From assembly GCA_951406725.2 (NCBI GenBank), contig OX597819.1:104966001-105030000 (forward strand): a stretch of DNA of 64,000 bases. Reading direction: 5' to 3'. This document shows, in pieces, positions 41,969 to 55,800 of this stretch. Under the pieces are notes generated by a model. It did no database searches, was not told the origin of the DNA, and saw only the letters and a program-made list of their open reading frames with translations. Made by a program: the position numbers and the translations under genes. Origin of the DNA: Octopus vulgaris (lineage: Eukaryota). The first letter of the stretch is position 1, and every line of letters begins with the position of its first letter.

Positions 41969-44900
41969 TATATATTTACAAAAGAAATTTAAGACTGACT
42001 CAACAAATAATACAAAATATACATCTGATTAATAATTAAATATATTACAGTCATACAAATGTTTAAGTACATCAGTCATACTGAAATACTTGCACAAAAG
42101 GTTTTTAATTATTAATCACTCAGTACCAGTGGTTCCCACTCCTAAGAAATGCTTGATCAATTTTTGCACCCACATAAAAGTGGGAAAATGAAAATGTAAA
42201 ATTTCTCAGAGGTTTTTATTTTACTCTTTAAACTGGACCACATATCGTATTGTGGGCGAACAAACTGAACTAAAGAAAAAAGTTTTCATTCTGTGCACAA
42301 AATCCAAATGTAAATTGAGCAATTAAAACAAACTATATGCAGCAAAATTAATTACAATTGTGAACATAGAAAGGTTAAATGATTTTAAGTTCTTGGTATT
42401 ATCAACACTTAAAATCATTTTTTAGAAGTTGGTTAATAATTTTATTTTAAAGTTATTTTAATAAAGTATTACTTTGCCTCCATTTTACCCCACTCCCACC
42501 CTTCTGCAATTCTATCTTATATCCCTAGTGTATGGGCACTCTTGATTGAGAACTTGTGATGAAAAAGAAGCATTTTTTAAATAAGGGTTTTGAAAGAGAA
42601 TTCATAAAAACTAAAAATATTTTTTTTTTTTAATAATCTAATTTGAAAATATTAACTTTTGAAACCACCTGAACTATATAACAATTCTTTCTCTTTTATA
42701 TGATATAAAATTCCTTCAGTTCACGTTTTATTTTGCTGAATAAAAAAAATGTGACAGCTCAACAAGAAAAAAATTATCAAAACAAAACATTAAATATACT
42801 ATTATGAGGCTTAGGAATGCTGCAAAGTAGTTTTAAATATTAAATCAAAATAAAACTATCATATTTTCTGATAAATTCCTCTGCCAAAGCAACTGAACAG
42901 AATGATACAATGACTGATGAGTAGTATATTTGTGTATAACAAACTTTGGAATGACATGTTTCAGTGATGATTGAATGAGAGAACAAAAACAAGATAACAG
43001 GTATTCATGCTGAAGAAGCGAATAGTTTCAGGACTGATGTCGGATGCAATGAAATTCATGAAGCATAAAATAGGTAAGTTATCATAGCAGCAAACATGTC
43101 AAGATCATAGCAGTAGTTGGACATGACACTAGAAAAAAATAATAATAGTTGTTAATAATATTGAGTATACTAACTACTGGTATTTTAGAAATAAGTGAGT
43201 AATTAATTTATTAAGAGAGAATACTAGATTATGTACAGCATCACATCTGAATAAGAGAATCTAGAAAGAGGGGGAAATGGAGCATAAGAATTTCACTAGC
43301 TAATATATTAATTAGTGAAGGTGAAAAAGTGGAGTCGCCAGCGTAGTCAGTAAGATGAAAAGTGGGTGGGACTGGGGGCAATTATGTAAAAAGAAGTTGA
43401 AATCCCTGAAATCACATGTAACAGTCACTCACTGTCGTCGTTTTCAAGACGTGCATCCACTTGGGGAAAATCTGGAAAGCAGCAGCAAATTTAGGGGTTA
43501 CATTGTTATTCGTAATGGTTAACCACAAACAGAAACAGAGTTTCATGAAAATTGTTAAGAAAAATAACAAGTAAAATGGAAAGAGAGAAAAAATAATTTT
43601 CAATAAAAAGGTTCTGCTTCTTTTAAAACAGGAAAAACCTGGTTTATTTCTGCCTTTTCTCTGATGTTCTTTTGGAGCAGGAAAACGTGATTGAAGATTG
43701 AAATCAAACACTAGTTATAAGCAATATCTACTTTTAATTAGAAAAAAATTAAAATAAAATCACAACAAAAGTCCAAAACATAAGAGACTTACTATCAATG
43801 AAATTGCATCTTAAATGCAGAGAACTTAACATCTTAAATTAGACTAAATATTGTTTAATTTTTGATTGATAAAATACGGTAAAAACAGAGACACCACTAC
43901 AACTATACTGCCTTAAATAAGTCACTTCATTGGCACCTTCACATACATTGATTTTCTTAGATTAGCTGATAAAGAATTTGGGGAATTACATAAGAAATTA
44001 AAAATATTTTGGTATTGAAATAGAGAATTCACATTAAAGAATTATAAAAATCATTTTAACAGAGAGAATATCAAATGATGTGAATTCCAAGACTAACACG
44101 AGAAAGCAATTCCTTATGAGAATCAGAGAACTTAAAACATCACATTACAATGACATGAGACCACACACACTCTTTTCGAGGGAGGGTATAATCAATTAAA
44201 ACAACCCCAGTATTCCACTGGTATTTATTTTATTGAGGATGAAAGGGAAACATGTAAGATTTGAACTGAAAATGTAAAAGGCCATACTGCAAGGAATTTT
44301 GTCTGACAATCTAATGCTATCCATTGTGATGGTGGTTCTACTGTAGGCACAAAGCCAGAAATTTGGGGGAGGAAGGGGTTTGTTGATTACATTGACCACA
44401 GTACTGACTAGCACTTAAGTGTATCAACCTCAGAAGAATGAAAAGCAAAACCAACTTTGCCAGAATCTTCATCTCAATACAATCCTACCAATCCACAGCT
44501 TGGCACCCTCAAAAAGTGTTTTCTACTATAGCCCCAGGCTAGCCAATGCCTTGCGAGTGAATTTGGAAGATGGAGACTATGTGGAAATGCACAATATATG
44601 TGTGTATGTATATACATATCTATATGCGCAGGACCATGACCCTAATGCCTGACAACCAGTATTAGTTTACTACACCTCAGTAACTTAGTGGATCAGCACA
44701 AGGGACCAACAGAATAAGAACCAGACTTAAATAAGTACTGGGGTCAATTTGCTTGACTAAACCCCTCAAGGCAGTACCCCAGCATGGTCACAATCCAATA
44801 ACTGAAACAAGTAAAAGACAAAGGTAAAAATAAACTAAAACAATATTCCAAACATCCAAAAATTGTAATCTATTTGCAGGTAATATTCTATTGATAGAGT

Positions 44901-45325
44901 AGATGACAGAAGTGGTAAAATGAACCATTCCAATTAGTTTAAAATACTACAGGGGAAAATGCTATAAAATAACATGTACATATATATATACATATATATA
45001 TATGTTCACATATTAACACACACACATATTTTTGCACGTACACACACATAGTGATTTCCCTGCAATATAACCATAAATTAAAATAAAAATCTCTGGAGAG
45101 TGAGCTTTTCCAATACGAGCCTCATTAGTTACAAAATGAGAGTCAAAAATTAAAATAATCAAAAAGTAAAAGTAAAATAGAGAAATAAATTGTAATTAAA
45201 TAAAAAAAGATCAATATTCTTAAAAATATATATATAACCAATCTAGGAGAGAATCCAAAAATTAATTTTTATTAATGCTGAAAGAAGAAATATATACACC
45301 TATATACATATTATATACATACATT

Positions 45326-45392
<67 letters not shown>

Positions 45393-46065
45393 CTGTGTGC
45401 ACTCACTAGCAAGTTGGAAACATACACTCATGCTTACTTGCTTTTTCCAACAGATGATTAACAATATTAAATCTGAAAAAACATTTTATATATATACCAC
45501 ATACATACACATACAGTCACACACACTGTATATACTTGAATAAAATCCATCTTTTGCAAAAGTCATATCTCTTTTTGGAATTTAAAAACCTGAAATTTTC
45601 TATGTATCACAAGCAAAAAAAAACCAAAACAAAAAAAAACCCAGTCAATTCTAGTATTTCCAAGTTAGCAGACCAACAGTTGTTTGTCGAGGGATTTTCC
45701 TGTATGTATATGTTCTGATAAGGAAATCAACCCCATCGCCTCCATTGTCTTTTGATGGACGAGTCACATAAATGTTAAGTGATGGATGTCTACAACTCAT
45801 TAACTGAGAAGCGCTACAATTACTATAACATCATTAGTGTGATCCAAAATATAATTTTAGCATCATTTATATAAACTAGATCATATGCATTAACCAGTAC
45901 AAATCATTGTAATTCATTTTTTTCTTCTTTTGCTCATAGAAAATAGATTATTTAGAGCCATTACAAGCCCTCAAAAATTACATCCATGTAATAGTTGATC
46001 TCTGAAATTTTAGCTCAAAATTTGATCTAAAAAGCACATTGCATTTTATACAAGTATAAACAGTA

Positions 46066-46117
<52 letters not shown>

Positions 46118-46645
46118 TATATGAAATCACACACAGAAAAAGTGATAAAGAAATGAAAAAACAAAATGAAAAGATGAAGTAATCATTTTAACTAAGAAGT
46201 CATACTAACCATGCAAAATAAACACGCACACATATATGTACATATATATAGCAAACAAGTAGCATACGAAACAGAGGAAACAACAAACATGTAGCTACAC
46301 AGTGCATAACAGCTGAACAGTATTGAAATGAAGATTATTTTTTTAATGAAAAATTCATTACATAAAGCTCAGGAAGAAATAATGGAAGTAGGGCAAGCTA
46401 ATAATATCATTTTCTAAAACTGATCTCTGTTTAAAGGAATTACATGTAGCAGAAAAGAAAAGAATAATGAAATTTGTTAAAGGATTTGCAACATATTTCT
46501 GTGTGTGTGATTAAAGTGTTAAAACTTCATTATCAACAACACGGTAAGGAATGAGGTGGAGATTGGACAGGGTGGATTTCACTAAACGAGCTATTTTACT
46601 CATAGGGAAAGCGCATCAAAGTGTGAGTGTGTGTATGAATGCATG

Positions 46646-46677
<32 letters not shown>

Positions 46678-46704
46678 CGTATACATACATACACACACAC
46701 AGAT

Positions 46705-46749
<45 letters not shown>

Positions 46750-49569
46750 TATATGCATACAGATACATATCTGTATACATATATGCATGTATATACATAT
46801 ATGTATATATAATATAAATAATATATAAATATATGCATATATACATACATATATGTACATACCTACATATATATGTATATATACATGCATATATGGGTAC
46901 AGGACATCAAAAAAATGTTGAAAACAATGAGAAACGAAAACATAAAAACAAAAACAGGGGAACAAACTTTTTTTCAAACAATGAAAAAAACAAACAGAGA
47001 AAAGAATATTCCCCTTCTTCAGTTGTCCCCGTTTGATCTACTCCACGTTTCAAAGGCAAGGACAAGACACGACTTCATTGAAACAGTCCTTCCCGCAAAG
47101 CAAATTAAATAAAATTTGGAATGCGGAGGGTGAAAATGGTAACAAGAACAGGAGAATGAGAACAAAACAGTAAAATCATACGGTATGGCTGTTAAGCCGA
47201 GACGATAGAAAAAATATTTTTGAATGCTAAGAGGATGAGCTTATGAAGGAAACAGTATAAGCACGTCTTTTCTTTATGAAGGTTGTGGGCAGAAAGACAG
47301 ATTATCTTTCGTCACGTGTCAGTGACGAGTGAGTCGAGGAGGAGGGAACGGTGTAGAGGAGAGAAGAATAGGGAAGGGTGGGAGAGAAAACCAGAAAGGA
47401 TGAAGAAAAAGAGAGGGAGAGAGATAGACAGAGAAGAGATAGTAAAGGTAGAAGAGTGCGCATCATAATTATTAGGATAAAACTTACTTGGAAAAGGATG
47501 CATGGCGTTCGATCATATAATAATATAAATAATATATAAATGTATGCATATATATATACATATATGTATATATACATGAATATATAGGTACAGGACATCA
47601 AAAATACGTTGAATACAATGAGAAATGAAAACGTAGAAACGAACTGTTTTTCGAACAACGTAAAAAACAGAGAAACAGGATATACATCATAAAGAATATT
47701 CCCCTTCTTCAGTTGTCCCTGTTTTGTTTTGTTTTTTGCTGTAGTTTCAGCTCAGAGCTGCAGCCATGCTGATGCACCGCTATTTTGCTACACTGTTATT
47801 ACTGAGAGCCTCCTTCAATATGTTGCACTTGCTGAAGAATGGAGTTTGATATAGCTACCCTCATTTGCACCTCTTGCCTTGATGTAGGTTCATCTGGGAC
47901 TCTCGACAGGAAGAGGTCCAGCTTTGATTTAAAAATGCCTACATCTACTTTGTGCAGGTTCCTCAGGTTGATGCAGTAACTGGTCCTGAAGCACGATGGC
48001 TTTGCTGGGATCTTTGGCACTATGCAGTGTCGTCCCATTCTGGCATTGGTGTAGCTTTCAATGCCAAAATTTGGCACAATTCCTTCCAGGATGTTCTCGA
48101 CGTATATTACTGCATACCTCTCCTGCCTTCTCTCCAGGGAATAGAGTCTTAGCTGTTTCAGCCTTTCCCAGTAGCTGAGCAGTTGCAAAGGGATGATCTT
48201 CTTTGTGAATCTTCACTGGAATGCTTCAAGGTCCGCTGTTAATTTCAGACTGTTGGGTGACCATAGCTGTGAGTAGTAATCCAGGCAGCTGAGGACAAAT
48301 GTCCTCCAGAGGACCATCACGGTTTCCTTATCTCTGGTTCTGAATGTTCTTAGGATCCATCCAGCCAGTCCTCTGCACTTTGTCGCCATCCTGGTAATGT
48401 ACACTTGGAATGAGGTATCATCACTCATGTCAATACCCAGGTCCCTCACTGATTTAGGCTCTGGGATTGAAATTCCCTGTGGACCAGTTTCATTTTCAGT
48501 TTTGTATGCTGGTAGCACAGGGCTTGGAATTTTTCAGCATTAAACTGCATTTTATTATCCTCAGCTCATCTGTAAATTGAGTCCAACTCCTATTGCAGAT
48601 GTGCAACATCGCTGGGGTTCTGTATTTTCTGCGAGATTTTCATATTGTCTGTGTAGCTTGCCAGAGTGGCTATCCAGGTTCTTGAGGGCATATCTTATGG
48701 AAAGGATGTGTTCCGATGGTCAGACAATCCATCTGTTGTCAACACCTATTAAAAGGAGGACTGGGCATGCCGTGGTTGATGATGCGCAGACGCGCGTTGA
48801 GACTGCAATATCTTGGGCTCTACGTAGACGACAGTGAACAGGTGTGGTCGCTTTCCTACAACTCGTCTCCATGACCGAACTGCAGTCGTGGATCAAAAAG
48901 AGGCCGAGGAAGGGTGAATGGCACTGTGAGTGTCGTGTTGCTCTCAAGCAACTATGCTGTCCCAGGTCGACCTTGAGTGACTTCAACACAACCAAAGCAT
49001 TCTATAGGGGATTAGTGGAGGGGAGGTACGACGACGACGAGCTCAAGGCAAACCTGGACGTCGAAGAGGAATACCTGACCTGCCTGTTTGAGACGACTTT
49101 CGGGCCAGGGCCCATGGACAACTTCCAGAGATCCCTGGCCTGGCAGTGCTACCGAGAAGCGCTACCTGTTCGGCATAAGCTCAACAGACACGGCTCGAGA
49201 TGCAGTCAGAGCGACGAAACTGTTCTGCACGCACTCATACAGTGTCCAACAATTTCCGACCTGTGGGCTTATGTCAAACAACTGCTGTCACGTGTGGGAC
49301 GAGTCGGTTTATCAGCCGAGTCTATCATCAATATTGTCACACCTCTTTCTTTCAAACGGGAAGGAAGAGCTATCTATTTTCATCATTCTTGTGGCTATGA
49401 CAAAAGAATGTATCTGGTGGACGTGTCTGAAAGGATTGGAGACAAACACTTTCCTCATATATGTATACATATATATGCATACATATATATATACATATAT
49501 ATGCATACATATATACATATATATGCATACATATATACATATATATGCATACATATATACATATATATG

Positions 49570-49601
<32 letters not shown>

Positions 49602-49809
49602 TACATATATATGCATACATATATATACATACATGTAGTATATATGTATTCATATATATACACATCTATGTATATATGTACATTTATAAAAATATAGAAT
49701 ATTATAAATATATGTATATGTATGTATGTATGTATGTATATATATATATATACATCTGTATATATATATGTGTGTATATGTATGAATATATATGTGTGTA
49801 TATGTATAT

Positions 49810-49855
<46 letters not shown>

Positions 49856-52800
49856 TTATACACACACACATATATATATATAAAGACTATGGGCTGGACA
49901 ACGAGAAAGCTCAAAATGACAAATGAAACTCCATGGGTGAAATATATTCATTAACCTAATGTACAAATAGAAATGTGTTACCTAATATCATCATTTAATT
50001 ATAAAACCTACTCAACGTAATGACACAGAAACATGCATATTCTTCAATCATTAATCTACAAAAGCTAGATCCAATACTCAGCCTTTCTTAGTTTGGTTTT
50101 AATATCTGGAGCTACACCTAGTCAATGATTTTTTTTTTTTCAAGGTCTGTAAAAATATTTTAGACTCATACTGGATTATGCTAGCCTAACTCACAGCTTC
50201 GTCTGAAGTTGAAAACCTGACCAAGAAGACCCCAGACTGAAGACCAGTGTACCTTGAAATCAGAAAGATACATATATCTATAGATATTCAAGACATAAAA
50301 ATTACACTTGTCATAACTATTTACCTACTTCACCCATGAAGGCTTTTGCATTCTTTCTAACAAATAACCAAAAGACAGATATTCCTCCTCACACACACTG
50401 CACTGTGAAAGAATATATCCAAACAAAGGTGTGTTTTTATTTATCAGAGTCCATAAAATGTAAAATTACATAACAATAGTTCCTTCTGAAAACATGGAAA
50501 TGGTTGTTAGATAACTGGTCAATTCAAGCAGGGGGAAACTTTCACTTTTAAAGAGCTGATAGTGGCCTGTTGTCTTACAGTTGTGCTTTGAAGTATTTGA
50601 AGTTTAAATAAATATGTCTGTCTATTAATCCATTTAACACTTAACACTGAAAAATGACTAAAACTGTAATCGAAGAAATTCTAAGTCTATCAGCCCAAAT
50701 AATAAAAACAAATGCAATGCTAAGCTATTAGCAGTTTTGTCTAAACACTGTTAAATTTTTCTTTTTGCTTGTAATTCAGCTGAGAGAGTTGTAATAGGTT
50801 TATATTTTACTCAACTATTTGACTGTCTAAAAAAATGTTAAGTTTGTCTACACAACCACCACCACTCCCAACTATTGTTTTTTAACATTGTATTTAGCAA
50901 AATAGCCCTTTTTGTTTTCATTTGTTTGCTTGGCTATTTTTGTGTTCTAGGAGAAAAAAATAATGAAACATTGCATTGAACATATATCAGTACAATGGAA
51001 GAAAGGATGATGATGATGGTAATGATAATGACAATGATGGAAGTAGATTGAATTATCAATGAAGATTAATTTTTAATCCTTCTTAAAGTATAAATAGAAG
51101 TGTTTCACCATAGATGCTGATTTATTACTTGTAGTGCAAATGAATAACAACTACAACAGCTTTTAAAAAACATGACTTTCTAAAATTATTATTCTAATAG
51201 CAGTTTGTCAGGTAAAAAAAACTATATAAAAAATTAAATTAACTGAGTATAACACTGGTTTTGATACCAGATGCAAATGAAATTAAAACTAAGAAAAAAA
51301 AACCAAGTTTGTTTTTAAAAAGAAAAACTGAAAGGTGCAGAAATATAAATGAATGAATTATAGACAATATTAAGCATAAAAACAAGGCAGCTGTATTTTT
51401 CTATTTTCAAATATCGGGTATAATTCTGAACGATGGCCAGCTATGGAAAAGATTATAGTCAGTGAACACCTGACCATCATATTTGAACATAGTCATTAGC
51501 AAAATATAATTTCGCTTGGTAGTTTATAGCAAGTGGAAGAACAATACTTAAAAACAACAACAATACTTAAAAACTGCAATTCTTAAGGCAGAAGAATGTC
51601 ACAACCTGTACCCTTCATTTTGTTTGACGCTTATTTTCTGATGCTTAGAAGGGTCTATCCAAACCAAAACAATAGCTATACTAACTGCCTAAAATTATAG
51701 GATGTAGTATTTGTCCCTAGAGCTTTCCCAGCTCCAAACAGAGTGGTTAATATTCATTGTCCCACCACTGGAGAAAATCTACAGATCCTCACAACAAATC
51801 CTTATTCTTGCCAATAAAAAAGGTCTACAAGTCATTTAAATTAATAGTTATATCCTCTTAACCCTGCTTCTATTTTTCTCAGTCCATCATTAACATTGGA
51901 TTTACCAAATTACCTATAACTTTATCTTCATTTTTTAATCACAAAGTCAGGAAAGAGAAAGGCATTCCAGAGACCTGGCCCAAATACTTGCAAAGAGCAA
52001 ACTGTTAAAGTCATCAACAACTAAGTGATGTTAAACTGGGGAAACTGATTAAGACTACTCCCAAATAAGTCTATCACATATTAAGAGTTTATTTGAAGAA
52101 CCAGATGAACATGTGGAAAACAAATAGCTTTGACCAACTGTCTTCGTTCATGCAGCCCATGACACTGTCAGTTAAATTTCAATTTTTAAATGCCCAACAT
52201 CAGTTTTACTAATAGAGAACAATGTATGACATATAGAAAGACTGTAAACATGTCCTCCTCTGATACATAAACAGATAACTTATGTGTACAAAGAATTTCT
52301 TTAAAATAGGCTGGACACTTGCAATGGTAACTAAACAAATTGTCCAGTCAGATTAGCCAGGTGGTAGAACTAATTAACAACATTGTGTGTTTTACTTAGC
52401 CACAACTACTTCTTTGATCTGAAGCACTTGAGAAAACTATTTCCAAAACAGATTTTGCATCAGTACTCAGAGTTTAGCTTAAGTTGTACAACTAATGTTT
52501 GCAGTAATGACAGGTGGAGTACTTCTACTCGACATTATTAGTACAACTGCATTGAGTTTATTCATCTAAGAAAAAAAAATTGTCTAAATCAGAATATCAT
52601 ATAGAAGTTCTCTCAGCCATCACCAATTTCAGACATGATTACAAGATGATAAGCAGAAGGCAGTTCCCAAAGATGTCTCACCAAAAATAGGGCATCTGTA
52701 GACAATTACCCTTTATGAACTGAACTGAAACTGCACCATAACTAAACTAACTCTGGCCTACACCAGCTTCACTATTGTATTCATTATCTATAAATTTCCG

Positions 52801-55800
52801 TATTTTTCCTTCTCTTTTACCTATCCAACATAGGAAGCAGCAATACTACAACTAGTATCAACAATAACACCTTCTTCCACAATCTAACTGAATCACTGAA
52901 AACAATAATTTAACTTGAAGTTTATGCATATCAGCAACTAGTCCTAAAAAAAAATTCATGTCTTAAGTTTCTCTCTCAGCATATTACAACTGATACTGAC
53001 ATACAGTCCTTGTGGGTTTTACTGATGGTAGATGCTCTCTATCCTTTCATACTCCTTGTTCAACAACTTCTCATACGGATATTTCCAAACCACTTTTATT
53101 TTTATTGCCACAGAGCTGTATACCCATATCATTGTTTGTATAACTACTTAACTTCTGACAAGATGGGCAACAGTTCACTTTCTAGTAACAGCAATTAAAT
53201 AGTTCCAACCATACACACATCTTGATATGAATATAAAACAGACTAATACTACAGAGATGTTATTGCATACAACATAATGTACAGATATACAACATATACT
53301 ATAACAGTCTCAAAAGTAATCCCTAGTTTGGATAAGGAAATCGAAAGAAAAAAGTTAATAGTTGATAATTAACCAATTGTAAACATCAATTAAGTCATTA
53401 ATTGACCAGTATCCAATTTATCCTTATTTAATCAATATCTAATTTAAATATTGACAGTACCTCATGTTTTCAGAGAAACAATTGCAACATGGGACAGTTT
53501 CAATGGGATAGGAGTTAATTGGCTCAAAGTTTCAAGCTAAGAAATAAGAGGATTACAATAATTTTCGTTCATTTATTGTTTGTAAAGGGTAAACATTTTT
53601 TAAAGGGTAAAAGGGATCAGAAAACCTAGTGTTGCAAATCCTTCACAAGATTACTACTCTGTCATGATCTGAGCAGGGAGATTCTCAAATGCGGCACATT
53701 CCAAAAGATGTATAACTGAATAGATTACAAGGCATTTATTTCGGAAATGGCTTACTCACTCGATGAAGATCCTTTGCTGCCATATCGGTTGCCTACACAG
53801 ATGGTAAAGTGGACAGATATGAATTCCATAAGACCAAAGAATTGGCTTTCAGACAGTACATTGTTGGAATAACAACATACAAAAAAAATCATTCATAAAT
53901 AAAACAGAGAAAAAGCGCAAGAGTAAGTCTTGTGATATTTGAAAGTTCCCTGTAATAGAGAGTTTAACAAATTGAAAGCATTATAAGCAGCTGAGTATAG
54001 CAAATAGCTAAGAATTTTTTTCTCTCAAGAAAGAGAATTGTTTCTTCCAAGCTCTTTCCATATTACTTCTTTTGACCATAAGTATACCAAAAATACCCAA
54101 ACTCATTATTCCAGTAAGTTTTACCAAACTTTAAAGGTCATTCATGATGACTTTTGCAGTGCTCTCATCAAACAACATAAGTTGAACTGTAAGTCTAATT
54201 TGAAAATATTCCAAGGTCATGAAGCACACATAATATTAGTGATTCATTTCATTTACATAATGATGATGTAAAAATATGATTAATAGATATTGATACACCA
54301 TTAAAACAATACATCTAAGAATCTCTTAACTGATAATTATTCCTCACACATCTTTTTCAAAGCAAGTTTCAGCGAATTCACATAAGACCATGTAAAAAAA
54401 AATGTTTATTATCTTATAAAAAAGAAAATGTAAAATATAACAAAGATCATTAATGAGAAATATAGTCCAAACCTTGTGCATCGAAAACTATTGAGGTAAC
54501 ACTAGAAACTATGCAGAAAAATAATAGAATCTTTTAACAGCAACTACACTAAAATTCAAAACTCTCATAGCTGGAAAGCATCTTGAATTTTATGCAATAC
54601 TACAAATTTCATTACGACAACTAATAATCTACAAGTGAATATCTCTCACAAATGAACTTTACCAATAACTTGAAAACACAATTATTTTCAGTAACAGCTA
54701 AAATATTTTGGTAAACATTAAAATTAAAGTCTATTTAATAAATTATACAGAAACTGATCTAAAACACCCAAATCAGTTAACAACTTATACAACAATGTAA
54801 TTTAATTGCACTTTCCAACTATCTGGAAATATTGGCTACAATACATCATAAGGACAACTATTTTATCCAATGCCAATTAAATGATGAGTAATTAATTCAT
54901 CTGGAATTTTACTTTTTATTTGACACATTGGTGTTTAATGGGATAACAACAATATTTATATCTACAATTTATAAACCAACTAGCAACTTTATGAAGATCT
55001 ACTAACCAACAATCTATAAACAGAGATTATAAATTAACCAGTGTCTCATATCCTATACAGGCTTGTTTCTTAGTAGCAAAACCAGTCCACCATATATCAC
55101 AAGAGCAATGAGAGTAAGAGAATTATTCCTTAATGAGATTACCAAGAATCTGTAAATTGAACTAAGACTGAATTAGTAACAAGACTTATTTACCATTTTT
55201 GAAGACAATCCAACCTTATTTGGGTTCCTAAAAGTATAGAAACAAAAGGACCCACAATATTCCTTAGACTAGAATATAACATGAACAAGTGTATCTCAAC
55301 AAATTCCCTGAACATTTTATTCATTTACCTCCAAACCACAACTAATCGCAAGCAGAAATTAAAAGTTCTTCTGACAATTTTTGAAGGATGACAACAAAAA
55401 TCAATCCATTTGATTTATTCTTTACAGAGAACAATCAGAAGCTATGGAGGTAATGTTATTTTATAGTTACAACCAGTTTAGTTTATAAAAAATACTTTTA
55501 TCGTGTATTTGACCTTATTTAGGTTGCAATACTATCATCTGGAATAAAACTGAGGAATTGCAACACACACATGCACAAATGAATTTTGTGTTTTACACTG
55601 CGCAGAACAGATCAGTTTTTAAAAAATAGAAATAAAATACTTGTATTTTTCAGGAAAGTTAAAGCGGAATTCCTAGTAGATAAATTCTGATATTTCACTC
55701 AAAGTAGAATAGATAGGAAGCACCAATATAAAAAGATCTTAAATCATGAACACATTTCTCTTTTGATTAATGGATCTTTATCTTTTCTTTTTTTTTTTTT

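Noticed and set aside
47010-47060. GAAAC...GTA...CTGAAGA on the minus strand (type II hammerhead order)
   Set aside because: Stem I cannot form.
47488-47520. GTAAGT donor on the minus strand
   Set aside because: No nearby acceptor; lies inside a repeat element.
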